This document shows, piece by piece, positions 40,001 to 49,609 of a stretch of DNA of 64,000 bases. The stretch is from an uncultured delta proteobacterium. Lineage in GTDB: Bacteria > Desulfobacterota > Syntrophorhabdia > Syntrophorhabdales > WCHB1-27. The notes under the pieces are model-generated. The model was given only the letters and a program-made list of their open reading frames with translations. It made no database searches and had not been told where the DNA came from. Each line of letters begins with the position of its first letter. Positions within the stretch are counted from its first letter, which is position 1. Location of the stretch: positions 1 to 64,000 of the forward strand of contig CAWEPK010000010.1 of NCBI GenBank assembly GCA_963810935.1, in the 5' to 3' direction. The translations under genes and the position numbers were made by a program.

Positions 40001-42316
40001 TTATTTCTTCTGTTCTGCTTCTTTCTTTTCCCTGAGCGCCTCCAGGACCATGTGCGGCCTGATCGGGCATTCCTTCATCTGGACGCCGAAGCGATGGAAC
40101 AATGCATTTCCAATCGCAGCCGCAGTCGGGTTCGTAAGGCCTTCGCCCGCTTCCTTCGCGCCGTAAGGACCCTCCGGCTCGTAGGTGTCGATCTCTGCAA
40201 TGTTCGCCTGAGGCATCTCGGGCGCCTTTATCATCTTGTAGTCGACGAGGTTCGGGTTCATCAGCTTGCCGTCTTCGTACGGCATATATTCCAGGTAACC
40301 GTAGCCCGCCGCCATTGAGAAGGCGCCTTCGAGCTGGCCGATGAGGCCCAGGTGGTTGATAGGCTGGCCGCAGTCGTGGGCGGTGAGGCTGTCGATGAGC
40401 GTGATCTTGCCCGTCTCCTCATCCACGTCGACCTCGACCCCCTGAAGCATGTAGCTGTATGCAGGCGAGATCATGCCCTTGCGATGAGGCGTATAGTAGC
40501 CGCGGCCCATGATCTTCTGGCCGTCTTTTCCGCGCAGGGCCTTCCTTACGAGCTTTACGAAATCTTCGCCCCTCTCCGGACGGGCGATGGCGTGCACCCA
40601 CCTGTCCTTGATGTCGAGGTCGTAGACGATGTTGAGACCCGACTGGGCGTAGGCGAACTCCAGAAGCTGTTTCTTCGCGTTTTCCGACGCCATCTTCACG
40701 GCATTGCCCGACATGAGGGTCTGCCTGGAGCCCCATGCACCGAGGTCCGGCGGGCAGTGGTCGGTGTCGCCCGAATGTACCTTGATGTCCTCGACCTTCA
40801 CGCCGAGGGTCTCTGCGCAGATGATGGCCATCGTCGTGTTGGAGCCCTGGCCGATGTCATGTGCGCCGATGTGCAGCTCGACCGTCCCGTCCTGGTTGAT
40901 AGTGACGATCGCCGACGAGAAGGAGTACGGCGTGTCGAACCAGTTGAAGATGCCGCCCGACATGAACCCGCAGGCCGAGAGGCCGAGGGAGTGGTTCTTC
41001 GGCATCGTCTTCTTCTTATCATCCTGCCATTTCTTGATCTCGGTTAATGCCTGATCGATGCCGCAGCTTGCGATCGTCGCCTGGCCGGGCAGTATCGTGC
41101 CTTCCTTGTGGGCGTTCTTCCGCCTCATCTCGATCGGGTCGAGGCCGAGGTCGGCCGCGATCCACTCGATCTGCTGTTCGGAGCACCACATAGCCTGGGG
41201 TGCGCCGAAACCGCGCATCGATGTTGACGGCAGGGTGTTCGTGTAGACGCGGTAGCCGTCATAGCGGTAGCCTTTCTTCCACTCGTAGGGGAAAGAGTGG
41301 AAAAAGCCGGTCAGGTAGAGGGCCGTTGCGCCCATGCCTGTGTATGCACCGCCGTTCGTGAAGACCTTCGCCTCGCGCGCGAGGAACGTCCCGTCCTTCT
41401 TCACGCCTGTCCGGGTGTAGTAGAACATCGGAGTCCGCCGCTTCGTGGCGATGAAATCTTCTTCCCTGGTATAGACGATCTTGACCGGCCTGTAGCATTT
41501 CATCGAAAGGATGGCGGTGCAGAAGATCGCGCCGTCCAGCTCGAACTTGCCGCCGAAGCCGCCGCCCGTGTACGCGCCGATAACCCTGATGTCGCCTTCC
41601 CTCATGCCGAGGACGCCGGCCATGAGGCCCTGCATGTAGTAGCAGCCCTGGTTGGAGTGGTAGATGGTCATCTTCTTGTCGGGCGTGTAGCTCGACACCG
41701 CGCAGCGCGTCTCCATGCACATATGTGCCTGGCCGCCGCAGCGGAACCAGTCTTCCCTGATGTACTCGGCTTCCTCGAAACCCTCGTCCACCTCGCCCCA
41801 CTCGATGTGGCGCGTGACGTTGATGTTCCGCTCGAAACCCTCATGGATATCGGGAGCGCCCTTCTTAATAGCTTCCAGGGGCTCAAAGACCGCGGGAAGG
41901 ACTTCGTAGTCGACTTCGATCAGGTCGAGGGCTTTCTCCGCTATCTCTTCCGTGACTGCGGCAACGCATGCGACGGGCTCGCCGATGTACCGGACTTTGT
42001 CGACCGGCAGTATCTGCTCATCGCAAAGGTCCTTATAGCGCCGCCAGATGCCCTGCTTCATGCCGAGGGTGTCCAGCTTTCCGCAGGCCGCTGCGACCAC
42101 GCCGGGGTATTCCAGGGCCTTCGAGTAGTCTATGTTCTTGATGATAGCGTGGGCGTGGGGGCTTCTCAATATTTTGCCGTAGAGCATCCCGGGGAGCTTG
42201 ACGTCGAATGTATAGGTGGCCCGGCCCGTGACCTTTGCCCAGCCGTCTACGTTATGGACATGGGTGTTAAGTACCCTGAACGGCTCGTGTGGGTTGATTA
42301 CTGTATATTTGTTCAT
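40001..42316 (-). CDS. Xanthine dehydrogenase-family molybdopterin subunit (4-hydroxybenzoyl-CoA reductase alpha-like)
   Basis: KVTGRATY, LRSPHAHA, GGGFGGK, MRGFG, IGQGSNT, GSRQT, GPYGAKEAGEG. Confidence 0.88.
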   Translation of the reverse strand: MNKYTVINPHEPFRVLNTHVHNVDGWAKVTGRATYTFDVKLPGMLYGKILRSPHAHAIIKNIDYSKALEYPGVVAAACGKLDTLGMKQGIWRRYKDLCDEQILPVDKVRYIGEPVACVAAVTEEIAEKALDLIEVDYEVLPAVFEPLEAIKKGAPDIHEGFERNINVTRHIEWGEVDEGFEEAEYIREDWFRCGGQAHMCMETRCAVSSYTPDKKMTIYHSNQGCYYMQGLMAGVLGMREGDIRVIGAYTGGGFGGKFELDGAIFCTAILSMKCYRPVKIVYTREEDFIATKRRTPMFYYTRTGVKKDGTFLAREAKVFTNGGAYTGMGATALYLTGFFHSFPYEWKKGYRYDGYRVYTNTLPSTSMRGFGAPQAMWCSEQQIEWIAADLGLDPIEMRRKNAHKEGTILPGQATIASCGIDQALTEIKKWQDDKKKTMPKNHSLGLSACGFMSGGIFNWFDTPYSFSSAIVTINQDGTVELHIGAHDIGQGSNTTMAIICAETLGVKVEDIKVHSGDTDHCPPDLGAWGSRQTLMSGNAVKMASENAKKQLLEFAYAQSGLNIVYDLDIKDRWVHAIARPERGEDFVKLVRKALRGKDGQKIMGRGYYTPHRKGMISPAYSYMLQGVEVDVDEETGKITLIDSLTAHDCGQPINHLGLIGQLEGAFSMAAGYGYLEYMPYEDGKLMNPNLVDYKMIKAPEMPQANIAEIDTYEPEGPYGAKEAGEGLTNPTAAAIGNALFHRFGVQMKECPIRPHMVLEALREKKEAEQKK

Positions 42317-42798
42317 GACTTTGCCTCCGTGTATTTGCCCTTTGCCACTGAATCGATGGCGCGGACAATGCTGTTGTAGCCGGTGCAGCGGCAGATATGG
42401 CCCTCGATCCCTTCTCTGATCTGTTTATCCGTAGGGTTCTTGGTTTCCATCAAAAAGGCCGTTGCCGACATCAGCATCCCGGATGTGCAGAAACCGCACT
42501 GGAATGCGCCTTCATCGAGGAATGCCTTCTGGATCGGCGCAAGCTCGCCGTCCTTTTCAAGGCCCTCGACCGTGAGGATCTTCTTTCCCTGGGCCTGGGC
42601 TGCGAGCACGGAGCAGCCCTTGACGGACATGCCGTCAACGACGACGGTGCAGGCGCCGCAGGATACCGTATCGCAGCCCCTCTTGGTGCCCGTAAGCTCC
42701 AATGCGTCCCTTATCGCTTCGACCAGAAGGGTCTTCGTGCTTATATAAACCTCGTAATCCCGGTCGTTTACATTAAAATGCATCAATTGTTTGTCCAT
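42313..42798 (-). CDS. 2Fe-2S subunit (CoxS/HcrC-like)
   Basis: GCDTVSCGAC, QCGFCTSG, CRCTGY. Confidence 0.93.
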   Translation of the reverse strand: MDKQLMHFNVNDRDYEVYISTKTLLVEAIRDALELTGTKRGCDTVSCGACTVVVDGMSVKGCSVLAAQAQGKKILTVEGLEKDGELAPIQKAFLDEGAFQCGFCTSGMLMSATAFLMETKNPTDKQIREGIEGHICRCTGYNSIVRAIDSVAKGKYTEAKS

Positions 42799-42812
42799 TA
42801 GGGCCTCCCTGT

Positions 42813-43685
42813 TCAGCTGATCTTAGCCTTTTCAAAGGCTGCTTTCGCCATCCTCTTGGTGAGGATCTTTATAAGATGGCGCCGGTATTCCTCGGATGCG
42901 TGGATGTCGGCCACCGGCTCGCAATCCTCAGCCGCAACCTCTCCCGCCTTCTCGAAAACCGCATCGGTCAGCTTTGCGCCGATCAGGACCTTTTCTGCCT
43001 CTTTAGCCCTGACTGTCGTCGCCGCCCCGTTGCCGAGCACTACTCTCGCGTCCTTGCACGTGCCTCCGCCGTTGAGCGTGATGGTGACTGCCACGGCCAC
43101 GATGCCCTGGTCTGAGTCGAGGAGGTTGAATTTCTGGTACTTCGTCGCCGATTTCTTCGGAGGGGGCGGCACAATCACCTCGACGATGATCTCGTCATGG
43201 TTCATTGCCGTCTCAAAGAGGTCCGTGTAGAAATCGTCAAGGGATATAACCCGCTCGCCGGAAGCCGAGGCGACCTTTACGGACGCGTTCAGAGCGGTAA
43301 GCACGGGGGCCGGGTCGCCCGCTGCGTCTGCGTGGGCCAGGTTCCCGCCGATCGTCCCCCAGTTACGCACCTGGATGGATGCCAGCTTCTCTTCCATCTC
43401 CACCAGGACAGGGTATTTCTCTTTCAGGAGCGCCGATTTCTCGATCGTGCGATGGGTTGTGGTGGCGCCCATCTTGAGACCCTCTTTCTCATCGAACTTG
43501 ATGTAGCTCAGCTCATCCAGCCCCTTGATGTCGATAACATACTCCGGCGTCACGAGGCCCTGACGCAGGATTATCAGCAGTGACTGGCCTCCGCAGATAA
43601 CCTTGCAGTCTTCCTCGTGCTCCGAGAGCATTTGGAGCGCCTCTTTGGCGCTGCCGGGTTTGAGGTAAGTGAAATCATAGATCAT
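42813..43685 (-). CDS. FAD-binding subunit (CoxM-like)
   Basis: GGQSL, QVRNWGTIGGNLAHAD, DIHASEEYR. Confidence 0.92.
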   Translation of the reverse strand: MIYDFTYLKPGSAKEALQMLSEHEEDCKVICGGQSLLIILRQGLVTPEYVIDIKGLDELSYIKFDEKEGLKMGATTTHRTIEKSALLKEKYPVLVEMEEKLASIQVRNWGTIGGNLAHADAAGDPAPVLTALNASVKVASASGERVISLDDFYTDLFETAMNHDEIIVEVIVPPPPKKSATKYQKFNLLDSDQGIVAVAVTITLNGGGTCKDARVVLGNGAATTVRAKEAEKVLIGAKLTDAVFEKAGEVAAEDCEPVADIHASEEYRRHLIKILTKRMAKAAFEKAKIS

Positions 43686-43924
43686 AAGCCTCTCCTTTCA
43701 ATGAAGTCTTCGATGTTCACCATCGTACCCGGATTGTCCCCTATGTCTGTCGGGAACTCCCAGTAGGTGAACACTGCGCTGCTCTTGACACTCGGCCTCT
43801 CCGCGTCCGCCTCTTCCCGATTCCTCGAAGCCCCGCACGTTTCCATGTGGCGGCCCCGGTAGACCGCGCATTCCCTGCACGGAATCTTCGAAAACGGACA
43901 TACTCCTACTGCTTTTGACGACAT
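43682..43924 (-). CDS. Small Cys-rich hypothetical protein
   Basis: CPFSKIPCRECAVYRGRHMETC; GGAGGT RBS; ATGA overlap with the FAD subunit. Confidence 0.72.
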   Translation of the reverse strand: MSSKAVGVCPFSKIPCRECAVYRGRHMETCGASRNREEADAERPSVKSSAVFTYWEFPTDIGDNPGTMVNIEDFIERRGL

Positions 43925-44201
43925 ACTACCTCCAACAATTATAACTCCACTTTGTTGACGGGTCCAAGATTTTCCCGAGGTCCGGTCACATTATTCATCT
44001 TAGCGATTGATTGTTTCCTATGCTGACCGGGCCACCTGTTCAATCCAGTGGATTGTGGTTAGTTTCATTGTTATGAACCCATACGCGAATATACGATTAA
44101 TTACATACGCTTGTCAAGGAGAATTTTGTGTGAGAGAAGGGAATGCCAGATTTTTTGTTCACTATAGAAAACCTTATGCCCTATGCACGCGGTTAAGGGA
44201 C

Positions 44202-45224
44202 TTAAGGCTCGTCTCTCCCTATGCTGACCCCGCTGCCCTGACTCGTGCCTATGCGTTTAAGGAAGGCGTCTTTCTTCTCGAACGGCACATAAACGTGATA
44301 AACGCCCCTTGGGAGCTTGTACTTGCGGATGTGCAGGTTGTACTGGCGGAACGTCCTGTACGGAAGCTCCATGGCGGCGGCGAGGAACGCAGTGTGCGTC
44401 TCCCGCTCGACATCGATGGTCAGCTCCGCGACGGCATAAGGCTTGTAGTAGTCGGACTTTTCTATCGGCAGGCCGTATTTGCGGGCATTGGACAGTATCT
44501 CCTTCAAGGCCGCTATCCGGTAGACATACCTCTCGGTCTCCTCAGGCAGGAACATCTCGAAGAAATCGCGCGTGTTCTGGTTCTGCATCACCTCCCTGAT
44601 GCGCGCCTCGCCCGCGTTGTAGGCGGCCATGGAGACCAGCCAGTCGCCGAACTCGCTGTGGAGCTTGTTCAGGTACCCCAGGGCGGACCGCGTTGACCTT
44701 TTTACGCTGTACCTTTCATCGACGGAATCGCTGATGAAGAGGCCTTCCCTCTTGCCCGTCTCCTTTATGAACTGCCACAGGCCGCCCGCGTTGGCCTTGG
44801 AGACCGCCCTAGGATTGAGATAGCTTTCCGCTATGCACAGATAGATGAGGTCCGGAGGCATGGCCATCCGGTCTATCTCCCCGGAAACGACGTCGAAGAA
44901 TTTGGCGTACCGCTTTACCAGGACAGTGAGGAGGCCCCTGTTGTCCAGAAAGTTGTAAAATTCACGCTCGAAGCCCTCCCTGGCCTCCGGGCTCGAAAGG
45001 GGTATTGCCCTGTCGCACAGGACCACCCGCTCCGGGACGGGGGCCATCCTGAGGAAGGTCACGTCCCGCTTGAGGACCTCCGCTTCTTTTTCCAGTTCTG
45101 CGATCCTTTTCTCCGGGGAAAGCAACCTTTTAGCGGGCTGTGTCGTCTGTGCGTGAAGAACGGCGGGGGCAAGGAAGGCGGCAGCGAGAAACGCCAGGCA
45201 GGCAAGAAGCGCCGTGCGTCTCAT
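44202..45224 (-). CDS. Lytic transglycosylase (SLT/MltD-like)
   Basis: Signal peptide; IAES, AGGLWQF, AAYNAGE, LPEETERYV. Confidence 0.92.
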   Translation of the reverse strand: MRRTALLACLAFLAAAFLAPAVLHAQTTQPAKRLLSPEKRIAELEKEAEVLKRDVTFLRMAPVPERVVLCDRAIPLSSPEAREGFEREFYNFLDNRGLLTVLVKRYAKFFDVVSGEIDRMAMPPDLIYLCIAESYLNPRAVSKANAGGLWQFIKETGKREGLFISDSVDERYSVKRSTRSALGYLNKLHSEFGDWLVSMAAYNAGEARIREVMQNQNTRDFFEMFLPEETERYVYRIAALKEILSNARKYGLPIEKSDYYKPYAVAELTIDVERETHTAFLAAAMELPYRTFRQYNLHIRKYKLPRGVYHVYVPFEKKDAFLKRIGTSQGSGVSIGRDEP

Positions 45225-45451
45225 TTCCGCGCCTCCTCCCTGATGATATCGGTCAGGGTCTTCACCCTGTTCTGCATGCGTTCCAGCAGCGCCTTAACGT
45301 CCAGAAGAATAGAAGCCATGCTGTCGTGCCTCTTCCTGTAAATGGCCTCCAGGTCTTTCCTCCAGTTCTCGGTGACCTCGGCCTCCCGCCTGTTGGTTTC
45401 CAGCTCGAACCTTTTTGTCAGCTCCCGGCGCAGTTTGGGATCAATCTCCAT
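45221..45451 (-). CDS. Small coiled-coil hypothetical protein
   Basis: 76 aa, overlaps both neighbours as in an operon. Confidence 0.7.
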   Translation of the reverse strand: MEIDPKLRRELTKRFELETNRREAEVTENWRKDLEAIYRKRHDSMASILLDVKALLERMQNRVKTLTDIIREEARK

Positions 45452-46016
45452 CGAATCGCTCCTCTTCCTTTTCTCTTATAAAGTGCCGGTAGAAAAGTAT
45501 CGCCGCGACCGCCCCCATGACGGCCAGCGGCACTATGACTTTTTCGTAGCCCTTGGTATCGCTCACGAAGATGTAGACCACGTTAGCGAAGCTGTAGCCG
45601 ACTATGGAGATTATAACTGCCCATATTATGGAGGACGCCACATCGATGATGAGGAACCGGCCGGAAGCCATGTTGGCGCACCCCAGAAGAAGGAGGATGA
45701 TGGAGCGGAAGCCCGCCAGAAACCTCATTATAAAGAGGATCAGGTGGCCGTATTGGTGGATGATCTTGTTGGATGTTGCGGCCCTGCGGCGGAGGAAATC
45801 ATACCGCTCGATAATCTGCCTCCCGAAGAACTTGCCCAGGAAAAAGAAGGAGCAATCCCCGGCAAAGGTGCCGATAAAGGACCAGAAAATCACGTGCCGC
45901 AGCTTGAGGAACCCGAGCTTCGCGAATATCGCTGCAAGCAGAATGGTTGTCTCGCCTTCGATGAATGTTCCGATGGCTACGCCTACGTAACCCAAGCGGC
46001 TTATAGTTTCTTCCAC
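45441..46016 (-). CDS. dedA: DedA family membrane protein
   Basis: FIEGET, GD...F.LG, RFLAGFR, IIWA. Confidence 0.88.
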   Translation of the reverse strand: MEETISRLGYVGVAIGTFIEGETTILLAAIFAKLGFLKLRHVIFWSFIGTFAGDCSFFFLGKFFGRQIIERYDFLRRRAATSNKIIHQYGHLILFIMRFLAGFRSIILLLLGCANMASGRFLIIDVASSIIWAVIISIVGYSFANVVYIFVSDTKGYEKVIVPLAVMGAVAAILFYRHFIREKEEERFDGD

Positions 46017-46141
46017 GGGGTCAAATTGTACACAGATTGAAAGGCGGAATCAAGTCAGGGCACCTACAGGCGGCCGGACGCGTTCGACCCACGCACTAAG
46101 GTTGCGCGTGGGTGCCCCGGCCCGTCCCGCTCCCGGCGTTA

Positions 46142-46867
46142 TCACGCCCTGGCGGCTTTGGCCTGGTTCCTCTCACCTATGCGCATAAGAATGATGCCTA
46201 TCTCATAGAGGAGATAGAGGGGCACGGCGAGGAGCGACATGTTGTAGACGTCCGGCGTGGGCGTGATCACGCTCGCAGCGACAACTATTATCAGGACAGC
46301 GTAACGCCTGGTCTTCGACAGCTTTTTTGAAGTGACTACGCCCAGCTTCCCCAGCACGAGCAGTATGATGGGCAGCTCGAAGGCGGCGCCGAAGGCAAAG
46401 ACCATTGTGATGCAAAAGTGGACGAACCGTTCCGTGGATATCGTCGCCTTGAGGACGCCCCCCTGATAGCTCAGCAGGAAGCCGATGCCGGAAGGCAGCA
46501 CTATGAGATAACAGAAAACGCTCCCGACATAGAAAAGGAGCGCAGCGAAGACAACGTAGAGGTAGCCGTGGAGGAGCTTTTCCCGGAGCATCTCGCGGAA
46601 CTCGCGCCATATGAGGAAGACGATGATGGGTGTTGCGAAGAAAAGGCCCGTATAAATCGCCATCTCGACGGACGAGAAAAAGACCTCCGAAAGGTTGAAA
46701 TAGTAGAGAGTGACGTGCACGTGCCGGGTTAGTAAGATTATGAGTTTCTTCGAGAAGATAAAGCTGGCGGCGCTGAAGCACGCAGCCACGAGCAGGCCCC
46801 TGAAAACGACGCGCCTCGCTCCGTAAAGTATGCGGAAAATCTTCTCCCTGTCTATTTTAGGCAGCAT
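46142..46867 (-). CDS. tatC: Twin-arginine translocase subunit TatC
   Basis: FELP, RRYA, ITPTPD, LYEIGI. Confidence 0.9.
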   Translation of the reverse strand: MLPKIDREKIFRILYGARRVVFRGLLVAACFSAASFIFSKKLIILLTRHVHVTLYYFNLSEVFFSSVEMAIYTGLFFATPIIVFLIWREFREMLREKLLHGYLYVVFAALLFYVGSVFCYLIVLPSGIGFLLSYQGGVLKATISTERFVHFCITMVFAFGAAFELPIILLVLGKLGVVTSKKLSKTRRYAVLIIVVAASVITPTPDVYNMSLLAVPLYLLYEIGIILMRIGERNQAKAARA

Positions 46868-46937
46868 TTCCGGACTGCTGGGCGGTGCGTACCGCCGCAA
46901 CGGTTTGCGCGGCCGCGAGCGGCGGGGGAGTCAATAA

Positions 46938-46965
46938 ATTACCCTGCTGCTTGCAGCAGGGTAAT
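46938..46965. repeat. Perfect palindrome
   Basis: ATTACCCTGCTGC-TT-GCAGCAGGGTAAT (13-bp stem). Confidence 0.7.
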
Positions 46966-46989
46966 AAAGCAAGCGTAGCGCCGCGCCGA

Positions 46990-47044
46990 GAGGGGTGGCT
47001 CCGCGAGCTTTGCTCGTGTAGGGGGCGCTGAGCCCCAGTAATTG
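46990..47044. repeat. Partial copy of the REP-like double-hairpin element
   Basis: GAGGGGTGGCTCCGCGAGCTTTGCTCGTGTAGGGGGCGCTGAGCCCCAGTAATTG matches 14243-14300. Confidence 0.85.
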
Positions 47045-47200
47045 CCTGTCGTAAAGCGTGCGGATACCCCGGAGAACGATCGGCACCTACTGGAATCATT
47101 GCAAGCATAGGCTTAATGTATTATTAAAGAAGAATAAAGTCAAACGCTTGCGGACATTACGGGCAAAGGGCCCTACTGGAATAACACCAAGGAGGTAATC

Positions 47201-47671
47201 ATGTTGGACGTGCGCCGCGTACTCGTGACCGTGCAGGCCGCTCCCGATTGCATTAACGTAGTCGGATACGCGGCGAACCTGGCCGAGAGGCTGCACGCCA
47301 AGCTCTACATACTCGATATTATTTATAATCCCTTTGCCTACACGGGCTGGAACCTGCCGATGCCTTTCCTGGAGCAAAATTACGAGAGCCTGCTTGCCTC
47401 CGTGAAGGAACGGCTGAAGGCAATGACGGAAGGCGACCTCAACGGGCGCATCGATATAGAGACGCTTGTGCGTGAAGGGGAGCCGGCCGGCCAGATATCC
47501 GCCGTCGTCGAAGAGGAGAATATCGACCTGTTGGTCCTGCCCGCCCATGAAGAGACCCGCATCGAACATTTCCTGTCCGCGAAGATGACCGCAAAAATCG
47601 TCAGGACTTTACCGTGTTCCGTGCTCCTCGTAAAACAGGACCTGGACGTCCTCTGCGACGCCGCGCCTTAA
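47201..47671 (+). CDS. Universal stress protein
   Basis: RRVLV, GEPAGQI, DLLVL, IVRTLPCSVLLV; AGGAGGT RBS. Confidence 0.9.
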   Translation: MLDVRRVLVTVQAAPDCINVVGYAANLAERLHAKLYILDIIYNPFAYTGWNLPMPFLEQNYESLLASVKERLKAMTEGDLNGRIDIETLVREGEPAGQISAVVEEENIDLLVLPAHEETRIEHFLSAKMTAKIVRTLPCSVLLVKQDLDVLCDAAP

Positions 47672-47706
47672 AACGGGCATCAACGCCCCTGAAGGAGGCG
47701 CTTTCG

Positions 47707-48633
47707 ATGAATGACCCGGAGCAGTGGCCGGCCCTGCCCCTCGACGCATGGAAGGAGACGTACGAGACGGTGCGCCTCTGGACGCAGGTCGTTGGAAAGG
47801 TACGGCTGAAACTCGCGCCCCTTGTCAACCACTGGTGGAACGTGGCGCTTTACGTAACGCCGACGGGCCTTACGACGTCCATGGTGCCATACGGCAGCGG
47901 CGGGTTCGAGGTGCGGTTCGATTTCGTGAGGCACCTGCTCACCGTCGACGTCTGCGGCCGCACGGAAGGCAGCGGCAAGATGTCCCTTGCGGCCGGTCCG
48001 GTGGCGGACTTCTACCAACGGTTCATGGAGCTCCTCCATTCCCTCGGGATCGACGTCAAAATATGGACGATGCCGCAGGAGATGGAGACGTCCATCCCTT
48101 TTGAGGAGGACCGCGACCACACCGCCTACGACCCGGAGTACGCCCGGCGCTTCTGGCGCGTGCTTGTCCAGTCGGACAGGGTGCTGCAAATCTTCCGCTC
48201 CCGCTTCACAGGCAAATGCAGCCCGGTCCATTTTTTCTGGGGCGGCTTCGACATGGCGGTCACGCGCTTCTCGGGCCGGGGCGCTCCTTTGCACCCCCCG
48301 GTGCCGCATATAGCCGACTTCGTAGTGCTCGAAGCATATTCGCACGAGGTGAGCAGTTGCGGGTTCTGGCCGGGGGGAGGCCCTATCGCGGAGGCGGTTT
48401 ATTACGCTTACGCATATCCCGAGCCGGCAGGCTTCAGGGAATATCCGATAAGCCCGGATGACGCCTTCTACTCCCGCGATATGGGTGAATTCATCCTGCC
48501 TTATGAGAAGGTGCGTACTGCGTCCGACCCGGACAACGAGCTACTCGCTTTCCTTCAAAGCACTTACGTTGCGGCAGCAGAAACGGGACATTGGGACATG
48601 TCAAGGCTTGAGCGCCCCTCGCCTGAAGGGTGA
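47707..48633 (+). CDS. DUF5996-like conserved protein
   Basis: WPALP, QVVGK, NHWW, SPVHFFWGGFD, AYSHEVSSCGFWPG, YAYAYPEP. Confidence 0.75.
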   Translation: MNDPEQWPALPLDAWKETYETVRLWTQVVGKVRLKLAPLVNHWWNVALYVTPTGLTTSMVPYGSGGFEVRFDFVRHLLTVDVCGRTEGSGKMSLAAGPVADFYQRFMELLHSLGIDVKIWTMPQEMETSIPFEEDRDHTAYDPEYARRFWRVLVQSDRVLQIFRSRFTGKCSPVHFFWGGFDMAVTRFSGRGAPLHPPVPHIADFVVLEAYSHEVSSCGFWPGGGPIAEAVYYAYAYPEPAGFREYPISPDDAFYSRDMGEFILPYEKVRTASDPDNELLAFLQSTYVAAAETGHWDMSRLERPSPEG

Positions 48634-48716
48634 TGAGGCGGCGGCTTAAGGCGCTAAGGGTAACAGGAGCTACCCCGCGCCGCCCTCCCCGTGGTACAAT
48701 ATGGGAGGGAGCCGTG

Positions 48717-49124
48717 ATGGAGCACTGCAAAGGTAAGATCGTAAAGCTGCTGGTCGACCATTTCGGGAGCGATTTCCGCAGGATAACACACGCCCTCGAA
48801 GTCCTGAAATACTCCGAAAACATCATGGAAGAATACGAAGGGTGCGACTACGAGGTACTTATAGCCTGCGCCCTACTGCACGACGCCGGTATAAAACCGT
48901 CGGAAGAAGCGCTCGGGTACAACAACGGCAAGACGCAGGAGCAGTACGGTCCCCCGGTTGTGCGGGCGCTGCTCGAAAGCATCGGATTCCCGGACGCGAA
49001 GACGGCCAAAGTCTGTGAAATCGTCGGCAACCACCATTCACCCTCGCGGTACGATTACGTGGAGTCGAAGATACTGAAGGAAGCCGACAGGATAGTCAAC
49101 AGGCGGGAGGCGGCCAACTCGTGA
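48717..49124 (+). CDS. HD-domain protein
   Basis: H...LLHD...HH...EAD. Confidence 0.85.
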   Translation: MEHCKGKIVKLLVDHFGSDFRRITHALEVLKYSENIMEEYEGCDYEVLIACALLHDAGIKPSEEALGYNNGKTQEQYGPPVVRALLESIGFPDAKTAKVCEIVGNHHSPSRYDYVESKILKEADRIVNRREAANS

Positions 49125-49573
49125 GGTACGAATCGGGCAGGATAGGCCGGTGCTTTGTCGTCAGGTTCGAGCACGGCGACGATATCCTCGAGGGGCTGTC
49201 GGCGCTCGCCCAGAAGGAGGAAGTCGCAGCGGCCGTCTTCTATCTTCTGGGCGGCCTAAAGGAGGGCCGCATCGTAGCCGGGCCGGAAAGGGAAGAGATG
49301 CCGCCCGAGCCTGTCTGGCGCGAGATCGCAGAGAGTCACGAAACGGTGGGGGTAGGCACCATCTTCCTGCACAACGGCAAGCCTGCCATCCACTTCCACG
49401 GCGCCTACGGGAAGCGGGATACGGTGAAGGCGGGCTGCCTGAGAGAAAATGCAAAGGCGTTCATAGTAATGGAGGCGGTGGTTCTGGAGATGGAAGGGAT
49501 AGCGGCAAAGCGCGAGCGCGACCCCCTCTCCGGCATGGTGCTTCTCGATCTGAAGGGCAGCGGCGCCTATTAA
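49121..49573 (+). CDS. PPC/DUF296 domain protein
   Basis: VRFEHGDDI, LGG, E..GVGTI, IHFH, AGCL. Confidence 0.85.
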   Translation: MRYESGRIGRCFVVRFEHGDDILEGLSALAQKEEVAAAVFYLLGGLKEGRIVAGPEREEMPPEPVWREIAESHETVGVGTIFLHNGKPAIHFHGAYGKRDTVKAGCLRENAKAFIVMEAVVLEMEGIAAKRERDPLSGMVLLDLKGSGAY

Positions 49574-49609
49574 GTCCCGATAATCCTCGATTTTTCTTGC
49601 ATTAAGCCG

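Noticed and set aside
47086..47182. 11-bp direct repeat CCTACTGGAAT upstream of usp
   Set aside because: Short, only two copies; could be chance.
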